A DNA stretch of 64,000 bases, taken from Fibrobacterota bacterium. Lineage in GTDB: Bacteria; Fibrobacterota; Fibrobacteria; UBA11236; JADFYW01. The stretch lies in NCBI GenBank assembly GCA_042567505.1, contig JBHPJW010000006.1, positions 1,828-65,827 on the forward strand, written 5' to 3'. Position numbers and translations under genes: made by a program. Below, one piece after another: positions 16,742 to 25,746 of this stretch (the stretch's first letter is position 1; every line of letters begins with the position of its first letter). The notes beneath the pieces were generated by a model, which ran no database searches, was not told where the DNA came from, and was given only the letters and a program-made list of their open reading frames with translations.

Positions 16742-18523
16742 TTAATCACTGTCAGCAAGCCTAAGCTTTAATTCATCCAGTTGTTCCTGATCCACCTCAG
16801 AAGGACAATCCTCCATAAGCGCCGCGCCTGAAGTAGTTTTGGGGAATGGTATAAAATCCCGTATGGATTCCCTGTTTTCAAGGGTGGCACAGAATCTGTC
16901 GAGTCCAAAGGCTATTCCTCCATGAGGTGGCGCTCCATACTGAAAAGCCTCCACAAAGTATCCGAATTTTCGGGTAACTTCTTTGTCAGAAAGACCCAAA
17001 CAGGAAAAAACTTTTTTCTGGAGGTCTCGCTGATGGATTCTTATGGATCCGCCTCCGATTTCCGCTCCGTTCAATACCAGGTCATATGCCTTTGCTATAA
17101 TGTTTTTCAGGTCATTTTTCTCTAATAATTCAATTTGATCATCATGCGGAGCGGTAAAAGGATGATGCATGGACAGGTAGCGTTGTTCAGTTTCGCTGTA
17201 TTCAAACATGGGGAAATCAGTTATCCACACGAATTCATGTTCTTTTCCCTGAGTCAGGTGTTTTATTTCCGCGATTTTGCGACGTAATTGGCCCAAAGCA
17301 ATGGCAGAAATGTTCTCCGGACCGGCGATCAGGAAAAGCATGTCACCATTCTCTCCCTTCAGCCGTAGCTTTAACTCATCCAATTCATCCGGTTTGAGAT
17401 ATTTCGCCACAGGTGATTCCAAACCTTCCGGTTTGCATCTCATCCAGATAAGGCCTTTTGCTCCGAAATTTCCAACAAAAGCCGAGAGTTGGTCTATTGT
17501 TTTTCTGGTGAAATCAAAGCATTCGGGAGCTGACAACCCGCGCACCACTCCTCCGGAGGCCACTGTGTCCTGAAAGACCTTAAAACCGCTCTCACGGACG
17601 ATTTCACTTACATCAGAAATCTCTAAGCCATATCTCAGGTCCGGCTTGTCGCTGCCAAATTTCATCATTGCTTCTGAATAGGGCATGCGCTTGAAGGGCA
17701 TTGGCAGGTCTTTTTTCCAGACTTCCTTCACTACCCTGGACACTATTTGCTCAAACTGTCTGTAAATGTCCTCACAATCCACAAAAGACATTTCACAGTC
17801 AATCTGCAGAAATTCAGGTTGCCTGTCAGCTCGTAAATCTTCATCGCGGAAACATTTCGCAATTTGGTAGTATTTTTCAAATCCCGCAATCATCAACATC
17901 TGCTTATAAGTTTGGGGACTCTGGGGCAAAGCATAGAATTTTCCAGGATTCATCCGGCTGGGAACCAGAAAATCCCGGGCCCCTTCAGGGGTGCTTTTCA
18001 TCAGAATGGGTGTTTCGATTTCATCAAATCCGCAATCATGAAGCGCCCTGCGCCAGCAGTAAATAAATTCACTTTTTAAACGTATGAGTTTCTGGTTGCG
18101 GGGCCGCCTCAGGTCCAGATACCGGTATTTCAACCGTATGTCCTCACTTTCGGGGACTTCTTCTTTTTCATTAACAAGGATTGGGGTTGTTTCGCTGGGG
18201 TTTAAAATGACCAGTTCGTCTCCCAGGACATCAATTTCGCCGGTGTCCAGGTTGGGATTTATCATGCCCTGGGGCCTTGCTTTCACTACTCCGCTCACCT
18301 GGATAACGTATTCATGCCGTAAGCTTTCGGCTTGTTCAAGGACGGCAAGGTTGTGTTCTGGTTTAAAAACAACCTGGGTTTTGCCATTCCGGTCCCTGAG
18401 ATCAATAAAAATAACTCCACCATGATCTCTGCGCCGGTTTACCCAACCTTGAAGGACCGCCTGTTGTCCAGCATCTGAAGCCCTCAGTTCATTACAATGA
18501 TGAGTGGTTTTCAACCTCTTCAA
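16742..18523 (-). CDS. aspS: aspartate--tRNA ligase (AspRS)
   Basis: Class II motifs FRDEDLRADRQPEFLQIDCEMSF and GGGSIRIHQRDLQ; N-terminal OB anticodon-binding region. Confidence 0.95.
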   Translation of the reverse strand: MKRLKTTHHCNELRASDAGQQAVLQGWVNRRRDHGGVIFIDLRDRNGKTQVVFKPEHNLAVLEQAESLRHEYVIQVSGVVKARPQGMINPNLDTGEIDVLGDELVILNPSETTPILVNEKEEVPESEDIRLKYRYLDLRRPRNQKLIRLKSEFIYCWRRALHDCGFDEIETPILMKSTPEGARDFLVPSRMNPGKFYALPQSPQTYKQMLMIAGFEKYYQIAKCFRDEDLRADRQPEFLQIDCEMSFVDCEDIYRQFEQIVSRVVKEVWKKDLPMPFKRMPYSEAMMKFGSDKPDLRYGLEISDVSEIVRESGFKVFQDTVASGGVVRGLSAPECFDFTRKTIDQLSAFVGNFGAKGLIWMRCKPEGLESPVAKYLKPDELDELKLRLKGENGDMLFLIAGPENISAIALGQLRRKIAEIKHLTQGKEHEFVWITDFPMFEYSETEQRYLSMHHPFTAPHDDQIELLEKNDLKNIIAKAYDLVLNGAEIGGGSIRIHQRDLQKKVFSCLGLSDKEVTRKFGYFVEAFQYGAPPHGGIAFGLDRFCATLENRESIRDFIPFPKTTSGAALMEDCPSEVDQEQLDELKLRLADSD

Positions 18524-18649
18524 TTCCTTCCTCTAGTTGAACGGTAATCATAAAAGGCTTATGAAAAGTATAATTTTTACGGGAAAAGAATAGGTTCTAT
18601 TGAAAACTTCCAGGCTCGGTATATAGTCCAGTTGGCCGGGCAGGCGATC

Positions 18650-21600
18650 CTATTCCAGCGTAAAGGCGTCCAGGTTGCCTCCGGCGGTGCCGAATATCAC
18701 CAGACCGGCATCCTCGCTTATCCAGGGACCGGCGTCAGCGTCGTCAGAAGCGTCGCTGTAGGGCCAATTGGTCATGGTTGCGGCGCTGGAGGCGTTGTCG
18801 TCTATGGCATAATATCGCCCTCCCTGCCGGCCGAAGTACACAACGGTGTCCCAGGGCAGGGGAGCTGCGTTTACGGTATCCAGTGCGTCATAAGCCCAGT
18901 CGACAGTGGCCGCTATGCCTGAGCCGTTGTCGGATACTTTCTTCACGTTGTTTTCCACAGCAACGTAGATGTCTCCGGTGTTGGCGGTGTCGTCGGAGGT
19001 CTTTCCCATAATAAAGGCCGGGCCGGTGTTGGCGGTACCCAGGTTCACGGAAGTGGGAGACCATTTAAACGACCAGGTGGAAATAGTGATGGCGTACAGG
19101 CTGGAGGTGGCGGGTGTCACATAAAGCGTGTTCCTGTCCACCAGCAGGGGCAGCTGAACGTCTGTGCCCATGTTGATACCGGCGCCGGTCTGGGTTCCGT
19201 CGTAATCATACTTGTAGACATATCCGCCCCCGCCCGTGGCCGTGGCGACATATATCTCATCATTTTTTACCACGAGGTCCGCGCTCAGGCTGACGTCGGC
19301 CAGGTTCACCGGCCATCCGCTCATGGTGGAATCATTAATGTAATTATACCTTGTTATGTAGTTTGTATAGGTAATAAAAAACGTGGAGTCGTCCGGGCTG
19401 GCATAGGGATTGCCCGCCGTGGCGTTGAGATCAAGGGGCGTGAAGACTTCGGAAGAGGAAGAAATATCATCCTGCCTGCCTATCACGTATTCTCCGGCTG
19501 AAGCGAAGATCTTGTATTTGCTTACGTCCGTGTCGTAGACATAAGTGGGCATGTTGCATGCCCCGTATGCCGAGGTGGAAAAAAACCATTTCTGCTGCCC
19601 GTCGCTCAAATTATAGCTGAAGAGCCTGTTAACGCCGGATCCTGTGCCTATATAAATCCGGTTCTCGGTAATGGCCCCGCCCTGCACAGGGCCCAGGCCT
19701 GTCTTGCTCCATGCTGCGGCCACCATATTCTTGGTGTAATTGTCTATGGAAGCAGTGGAGTCGCCGTTTCCGATGGCGTCGAAGGCCCAGATTTTGAAGT
19801 AATACAAGGTGTTTATACTCAGTCCGGTGATGGTGGTGGAGGTGGTGGCAGCTGACGTCAGGGCGCCGTCGTCGCCATCGTCCCATTCCGTGCCGGAGCT
19901 GTCCCGCGCCTCTGCCAGGGTGGTGCCGTACCAGATCTCATAGTGATCAAAGTTCCGGTCCGTGGCTGCGGTCCACCCCAGGGTAACCGTGGTGCCCGTG
20001 GAGTCCGATCCCGCCAGGGAGGCCAGCCCGGCCGGAATTTTGGTATCGATGGCAAAAGTATCGCTTTCGGTGGTGTCCCTATTGGATGAGCCGTCGGTGG
20101 CTATCACCCGGACCAGGTACACGGTATCTGTGTTGGGCAGGTCCGTGTCGACGTCCCAGAGGATGGTATCATTTCCCGTGGCCGAGGTGTCTATGCCCGT
20201 GCCTATGTCCCCGGAAGTGGTTTCCAGGCTGTCATTGCTGTCCCAGCTGCCGCCGTAGAGCTTGTACTCCACTTTTATGTCTACCGTGCCGTCATTGGCG
20301 TCATCAACCTCATACCCCACTCTCACGCTGTCTGGGTGGTATTGGGCGGCATTGACATAAGGCGCGTCATCCCATCCCGTCACCACTGGATCATTTGTGG
20401 CCAGGGTGGTGGTGTTTACGTCAGTATCCGTGTCCTCATTGCCCATGGAATCCAGAGCCCATATCTTAAAGTAATAGGTGGAGGAGGGAATGAGCGAAGT
20501 GATATTGGTGGTGTCGGTGGCCATGGTGGCCAGGGATGCGTCATTGTCCTGGTCCCATTCCAGGGCCGTTCCGGTGCGGCCCTGGACGTCCGACTGGCTG
20601 GTGCCATACCAAATTTCATAATGGGAAAAATGGGATTCGCTGCTGGTAACCGTCCAGGAAAGCCCCACGTCGGTGGCATTTGTGGCCCCAACTGTCAGGC
20701 CGGCCAGTCCCGAGGGGTCCACCAGGTCTATATCAAAGCTGCCGGAGACCGTGGTGTCTGTATTGCTGTCGTCGTCGATGCAGTGGACCCTGACGTTATA
20801 GGCGGCGTCTGTGGTACCGGGGATCAAATCAGTGTATACGTCCCACTGCAGGGTGTCATCTATGCTCGCTCCCGTAGAAATGGTATCGTAATCCCCGGAA
20901 AGCGTGGACGGGTTTGTCCAGGAACAGGAGCTCGCCAGGCAGTATTGCAGCGAACAGACGGCCGTGGTATCGTTGTCATCGCTTACCTCATAGCCCACCC
21001 GGACCGTGCCGGAGTCTATTTGCTCGGCGTCAACCTGGGCGGCCTGGTCCCAGCCCGTGACCGTGGGCGCCGGGTCATCCAGGGTGGTTGTGCTGTCCCC
21101 TGTTATCGTAGCTTCGTTATTCATGGCATCCACGGCCCAGATTTTAAAATGATACTTGGTGGAAGGGCTCAAACCGGTAACAATCATGCTGGTGGTGGCT
21201 ATGTCCTTCATGCCGTTGTTGTTGTCCCCGTCCCATTCCAGGGCTGATCCGTTGCGGTTTTCCACTTCGCTTTTAGAAGAACCGTACCAGATTTCATAGT
21301 GGTCGAAATGTCCTTCATCGGATAATGCCGTCCAGGAAAAACTCACTGAAGTGCTTAAAGGATCCACCACGGCAAAGTCGGCCAGCCCCACCGGAGATTT
21401 GGTGTCCAGGCCGAAGGCCGCGCTCTGCGCGGTGTCGGCCAGCCCGCCGTCACTGGCGATGACGCGCACGTAATAGGTGCCGTCTATGGCATCGCCCAGT
21501 TGGTCACGAACGCTCCATCTAATGGTACGATCGGCGTACTCATTGGTGGCGTCCACTCCGGCGCCTATGTTCCCGGCGGTATCGGTGGCGGCGGTCCAGG

Positions 21601-24370
21601 ACCCCCCGTCCGGCTTGTATTGCAGGGTCACGGTAACTGTGGCGTCGTACTGGTCATAGACCTCGTACTGGATGGTGGCGGAATCCGTCTCGTCTTGCGA
21701 AGCAGTCACGGTACTGGTCGCCCCCAGTCCCGTGACCTGGGGAGGATAAAGCACATAGGTCACCTCCACGTACGGAACGTTGGCCCCTTCGGAAGCGTGG
21801 AAATTCTTATAGGATTCGTTGGTCCCTTCGGCATTGGAGATGAACACCATGCCATAATTGGCGCTATCGCCCGAGTGCCAGTCCTTAAAGGTCTGGGTTA
21901 TGTCCCAGGTATACCAGCCGGTGTTTCCCACCGAGGCGCTCACCACAGAGGCTGATCGGTCATTTCCCTCGGATCCTACGCCGGCCGTGGTCCAGGTGTT
22001 TTCATCGGCGTATTCGGTCCAGTTGCTCATGTTGGCCTGGTCCTGGCCCGTTCCAGTTCCCTCATTCCAGTCCCTCAATACCCTGTAGAGAGTGATGGTC
22101 TGGTTGGTGGCGCTGCCCACCGACCCGCAATAGGACTTAAATTCAGCCAGGAGAACAGTGGCCCCGGTGGGCACATCGCTGAAATCATTCACCTTCACCA
22201 GGGAGCGCATAACGTAGCTGCCGCCCCCGCCGGAACCGACCTTGCCTGCCGTGGCCCCGCCCCGCGTGGCGTCATTGCCGTAATTATAACTGGTATTTAA
22301 GTTTTCTATCATATTGTCATCAAGGTCGGTGAGCTGGACCACTGAATCCGCGTCTGTTTCGGCCAGGGTGGTGACGGCCGTATCGTTGATAGCCGTTTCG
22401 TTGCCGTAATCATCCATGGCCCATACCTGGAAGTAGTATGTTCTTTCGGCCAGCAGGCCGGTGATGGTGGTGGAAGTAGTGGCAGCGCTGGCAAGATTGC
22501 TGTCGTCCGGATCGTTGTCCCATTCCGCCGCGTTGCTGCGGTTCTGCACGCTGGTGGAATCTATGCCGTACCATACTTCATAATGATTGAAATTCCCGTC
22601 TGTGGCGGCGCTGGACCAGCTCAGGGCCACGGTGCTCATGGTGGTGTCGGTGGACGAGAGCGTGGCGGAAAAGGAGGGAACCTCGGTGTCTATGATGAAT
22701 TCCGCCGTAGCCGCCGTATCGATATTGCTGCCATCGTCCTCGGCCAGAATCCTGATGTAAGCAGTGGTGTCTGTTGAGCCGAACTGGGTGCGCACGTCCC
22801 AGTAGACAGAAAGGTCTTCCACCATGTCGACCGCGACTGAACCGGTGTCCCCGTCGGTATTGGCCTTGAAGTCGGCCCAGGCGGTCCAGGAGGCATCGTC
22901 CTTGAGTTTCATTTCCATGGTTACGGTGATGGCGGAATCGTCCTGGTCCCAGGCCTCGTATTTCACCTGTACGCTGTCGGTGTTTATCTGCACCGCCACC
23001 GGATCGACGATGGGGTCCCATCCCGTGATGAGCGGAACTACCGAGGTGAGGGTGTTGGCGCTGTCGGGATCCGTGGTCATTTCGTTGCCGGTTGAGTCTA
23101 TGGCCCATAACTTGAAATAATACTTGGTGTTGTATTCCAGCAGGATTACCTGGGCGCTGTCCGTGGAAATAGTGTTCATGACAGCGTAATCATCCGGGTC
23201 CCATACATACGCCGATACGTTCCTTTCTTCCACATTGGTGAGGTTGGTCCCGTACCAGATCTCATACTTGCTGAAATGGGCCTCGCTGGCCACGGTCCAT
23301 TCCAGGTCCACCGTAGAAAAACCCGAGTCCACCACAGTGAAATCCGCCAGGGAAACGGGGTCCCTGGTATCGATTACAAAGGAAGAGGTGCTTACCGTGT
23401 CCGCGTATCCCTCATCATCGGTGGCTATTGCCCTGACTATGTAGCTGCTGTCAATGCCGGACCCCAGCTGAGCATAGGCGTCCCATACAATGACCCGGTC
23501 CGAGGATGAGGAATTGGCTTCCACGCTGCCTATGTCCCCGGAGGTATTTGTGAGTGCAGTCCAGCCGCCGGCTCCGCCCACCTGGTACTGGGCCGTTATA
23601 GTCACATTATCATCGTCGCTGTCGCTGACTTCATAGGAAATATTTACCGTACTGGTGTCCTCCTGGTCTCCGGTGGCGTTGGCCCCGGAGCTGAGGCCGG
23701 TTATGACCGGCAGTACTCTATACCATACATCGAGGTATGGCTTGTTGGACCCGGCGTCCAGTGAGTTGAAATTCTTTCTCAGATCATCCGCTTCGGTGCC
23801 TTCCAGGATGAGCCCGTAATTAGTTAAATCGCCGTCAACCCAATCCTGAGCAGCTCCTGTCACCCGCCATTTGAACCAGGTGGAGGTGGCGTTTATCACC
23901 ACAGAGTCATAGGCCGAGGCCCCGCGGTCAGTCCCGGCCGTGGCGGCGCCGCTTGCATCCCAGGTGGAAACGTTATGTTTGTTTGAGTTCCAGCTGACCG
24001 CGCCGTCCTGTTCGGCGCCGTCTGCGCTGCCTTCCAGCCAGTCCTGCAGCAGGTGGTATACCCAGATTGATTCAGGGCTGGCCACATCTTCGCCTGAGCA
24101 ATACAGTGCCAGGTCAGCACTGTCTATGACGGCATCGCTGGGCAGGGTGTCGTCTATGGGGAAATTGATGACAATCCGGTAGGGTCCCCTATTCGCTAAA
24201 GCCTCCGTGGTTATGTATCCCAGATACAGGGTGGAGGAGCCCCCATAGTTGTCATCTGCGGATTTATCATTGATATGGGCGTCATTTCCAATGGTAAACT
24301 GCTTGTAAGTGGCCTGGCACAGGCTGCCTAATATGGCAATCATAAGCCCTGTTTTTAAAACCTTATGCAT
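18650..24370 (-). CDS. giant (1906 aa) secreted modular surface protein: two copies of a ~150-aa N-terminal module, at least 5 alternating Ig-like/FN3-like domain pairs, C-terminal PQQ-like beta-propeller
   Basis: Signal peptide. FN3-like repeats anchored by H(F/Y)xxYEIWYG...YYFK(I/L)WA(I/V)D. Second repeat type anchored by (V/I)TGWD...YEV.D.D...Y.VR(I/V)(I/H)A. Module with LY/VYxxLxDW(N/L)EG...NYG(L/M)...PY(L/V)(D/E)V occurs twice. C-terminal WxF/DGxxKW propeller blades. Long internal DNA direct repeats. Confidence 0.8.
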   Translation of the reverse strand: MHKVLKTGLMIAILGSLCQATYKQFTIGNDAHINDKSADDNYGGSSTLYLGYITTEALANRGPYRIVINFPIDDTLPSDAVIDSADLALYCSGEDVASPESIWVYHLLQDWLEGSADGAEQDGAVSWNSNKHNVSTWDASGAATAGTDRGASAYDSVVINATSTWFKWRVTGAAQDWVDGDLTNYGLILEGTEADDLRKNFNSLDAGSNKPYLDVWYRVLPVITGLSSGANATGDQEDTSTVNISYEVSDSDDDNVTITAQYQVGGAGGWTALTNTSGDIGSVEANSSSSDRVIVWDAYAQLGSGIDSSYIVRAIATDDEGYADTVSTSSFVIDTRDPVSLADFTVVDSGFSTVDLEWTVASEAHFSKYEIWYGTNLTNVEERNVSAYVWDPDDYAVMNTISTDSAQVILLEYNTKYYFKLWAIDSTGNEMTTDPDSANTLTSVVPLITGWDPIVDPVAVQINTDSVQVKYEAWDQDDSAITVTMEMKLKDDASWTAWADFKANTDGDTGSVAVDMVEDLSVYWDVRTQFGSTDTTAYIRILAEDDGSNIDTAATAEFIIDTEVPSFSATLSSTDTTMSTVALSWSSAATDGNFNHYEVWYGIDSTSVQNRSNAAEWDNDPDDSNLASAATTSTTITGLLAERTYYFQVWAMDDYGNETAINDTAVTTLAETDADSVVQLTDLDDNMIENLNTSYNYGNDATRGGATAGKVGSGGGGSYVMRSLVKVNDFSDVPTGATVLLAEFKSYCGSVGSATNQTITLYRVLRDWNEGTGTGQDQANMSNWTEYADENTWTTAGVGSEGNDRSASVVSASVGNTGWYTWDITQTFKDWHSGDSANYGMVFISNAEGTNESYKNFHASEGANVPYVEVTYVLYPPQVTGLGATSTVTASQDETDSATIQYEVYDQYDATVTVTLQYKPDGGSWTAATDTAGNIGAGVDATNEYADRTIRWSVRDQLGDAIDGTYYVRVIASDGGLADTAQSAAFGLDTKSPVGLADFAVVDPLSTSVSFSWTALSDEGHFDHYEIWYGSSKSEVENRNGSALEWDGDNNNGMKDIATTSMIVTGLSPSTKYHFKIWAVDAMNNEATITGDSTTTLDDPAPTVTGWDQAAQVDAEQIDSGTVRVGYEVSDDNDTTAVCSLQYCLASSCSWTNPSTLSGDYDTISTGASIDDTLQWDVYTDLIPGTTDAAYNVRVHCIDDDSNTDTTVSGSFDIDLVDPSGLAGLTVGATNATDVGLSWTVTSSESHFSHYEIWYGTSQSDVQGRTGTALEWDQDNDASLATMATDTTNITSLIPSSTYYFKIWALDSMGNEDTDTDVNTTTLATNDPVVTGWDDAPYVNAAQYHPDSVRVGYEVDDANDGTVDIKVEYKLYGGSWDSNDSLETTSGDIGTGIDTSATGNDTILWDVDTDLPNTDTVYLVRVIATDGSSNRDTTESDTFAIDTKIPAGLASLAGSDSTGTTVTLGWTAATDRNFDHYEIWYGTTLAEARDSSGTEWDDGDDGALTSAATTSTTITGLSINTLYYFKIWAFDAIGNGDSTASIDNYTKNMVAAAWSKTGLGPVQGGAITENRIYIGTGSGVNRLFSYNLSDGQQKWFFSTSAYGACNMPTYVYDTDVSKYKIFASAGEYVIGRQDDISSSSEVFTPLDLNATAGNPYASPDDSTFFITYTNYITRYNYINDSTMSGWPVNLADVSLSADLVVKNDEIYVATATGGGGYVYKYDYDGTQTGAGINMGTDVQLPLLVDRNTLYVTPATSSLYAITISTWSFKWSPTSVNLGTANTGPAFIMGKTSDDTANTGDIYVAVENNVKKVSDNGSGIAATVDWAYDALDTVNAAPLPWDTVVYFGRQGGRYYAIDDNASSAATMTNWPYSDASDDADAGPWISEDAGLVIFGTAGGNLDAFTLE

Positions 24371-24434
24371 ACCAGCCTTGTTTTTTTCATCTGTTTGCCA
24401 TTGTTAGTGACGTATCCATAGTAATGGTTGTCGC

Positions 24435-24695
24435 TTAGACCTTGAATTCGATATTCAGTCTGGTGCCTGTGGCTTCGGCCACCCGTATCAGCGTGCTGAC
24501 AGTGTTTCCACCGCCTCCATTATGTTCCATCCTGGAAACCACTTGCTGGGTGATCCTCAGGCGTGAAGCCAGTTCTTCCTGGGTCATCCCAACCATCAAG
24601 CGTACTTTCTTGATGAGGTTTTCCGTTTCCGGTACGACGGTTCCGGCGGATCGCTCTGTTTTGGGTTCTTCCAGGGTTGTTTCGGGATTAATCAT
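24435..24695 (-). CDS. XRE-family helix-turn-helix transcriptional regulator
   Basis: HTH motif MVGMTQEELASRLRITQQVVSRMEHN; lies 65 bp upstream, same strand, of the giant surface-protein gene. Confidence 0.8.
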   Translation of the reverse strand: MINPETTLEEPKTERSAGTVVPETENLIKKVRLMVGMTQEELASRLRITQQVVSRMEHNGGGGNTVSTLIRVAEATGTRLNIEFKV

Positions 24696-24739
24696 GGTCT
24701 GTCTCCTTTCTTAAACTCCCGCCTGTGTCGCCGCAGGCA

Positions 24740-25095
24740 AATGAGTCCGGTGATTGAAATTGAAGATGCCAAGCCGGTCCCGGCCTGAAGTCTCAGATAA
24801 GACAGCGGCCGGCTGTATATGAGCAAAGGTCCAGGCACCGGTTGGCAAAAAGTTATGGTTATAAAGATTTCGTACTGTGAGAAGGTTGAAGGCCAACCGG
24901 CGCCGGAGGCACAATGCAGATAAGACAGCGGCCGGCTGATTATCTGGGAAAAGCCGGACATCGGTTGGCAAAAAGATATGGTTATAAAAAGTTCGTACTG
25001 TGAGAAGGTTGAAGGCCAACCGGCACCCTAAGAACAATGCAGATAAGACAGCGGCCGGCTGTTTATGAGCAAAGGTCCGGACACCGGTTGGTTTT
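24740..25095. repeat. ~3.5 tandem copies of a 123-bp repeat (each with an internal 9-bp-stem hairpin ccggttggc...gccaaccgg) immediately upstream of the XRE gene
   Basis: Units begin cagataagacagcggccggctg at 24794, 24917 and 25040 (~85% identity); partial unit at 24740-24793; inverted copy of the core (agccggccgctgtc) at 25278-25291. Confidence 0.85.
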
Positions 25096-25667
25096 AAGAA
25101 GCTGATAAAAACTGACTTGACACGGATAGTATGAAGCGGATGGCAGAGCAGGTCTCTCGCCATCAGGAACCGGGATTTTTGTGGATTGAATGGAAAGCGA
25201 ATGCTACCGAAGATTTTTAACCTTACAGGTACTGCAAGTTTTGTGAGCACACGGAAAAACGTGTGATAAAAGAGAAAGCCGGCCGCTGTCATACTTTATA
25301 TCTGTCGATCTTTTTAGATCGGAAAAATTATGTCTATTTATTTCAAGTATACAGCAAATAGGCTGTATGTGCCACGTAATAAGTATATTTATGATATTCA
25401 TCATAATGTAATTATAAGAACAGTTTATTGCTTTCTCAAAACTTTGCTTTTTTGTGTTATAATTCGGGATTGTTATACATCAAAGAACACCAAAAAACAA
25501 ATAAATTCAAATATCAATAATATTGGTTTTAGGCCTGTGATTACGAACCTGGTTGAGGTAAATCCAGCTGATGCTTATCTACTGGGCCTTGGACAGACCG
25601 GCAAAAGGGAAGGTTTTTTGTGGAATTAAATTGGAACGTACTTAATCAGGGATGATTAAAGGCAGTT

Positions 25668-25722
25668 TTATCCCCCCCCTCCCTTGCCCAGACCCTGAAG
25701 GGAATGGGGTGAAGGGAGGGAA
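25668..25722 (-). terminator. candidate hairpin terminator downstream of pilQ
   Basis: On the minus strand ccctcccttcaccccattcccttcagggtctgggcaagggaggg forms a 9-bp stem (ccctccctt/aagggaggg) 20 nt after the pilQ stop; weak U-tract. Confidence 0.3.
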
Positions 25723-25746
25723 GGTCCGCTCGATCACATAAAAGTA

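Noticed and set aside
19629-24182. Numerous 60-300-aa ORFs on both strands inside the giant gene (for example 20336-21247 +, 21500-21955 +, 22578-23108 -)
   Set aside because: Arg/Gly/Pro-rich translations typical of out-of-frame or antisense reading of a GC-rich repetitive gene. The in-frame 1906-aa ORF with coherent domain repeats explains the region.
24740-25095. Possible CRISPR array
   Set aside because: Units are 123 bp, mutually ~85% identical along their full length with no unique spacers, and no cas genes nearby. They are tandem repeats, not CRISPR.
24692-25292. ORFs 24692-24961 and 24711-25292 (193 aa) on the minus strand
   Set aside because: They run through the 123-bp tandem DNA repeats, so the 'protein' is just the repeat translated (repeated LAFNLLTVR...). 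No start context; treated as non-coding repeat.
25330-25629. ORF 25330-25629 + (99 aa)
   Set aside because: Lies in a strongly AT-rich tract; Asn/Ile/Tyr-rich low-complexity translation; no RBS; more likely promoter or leader DNA.
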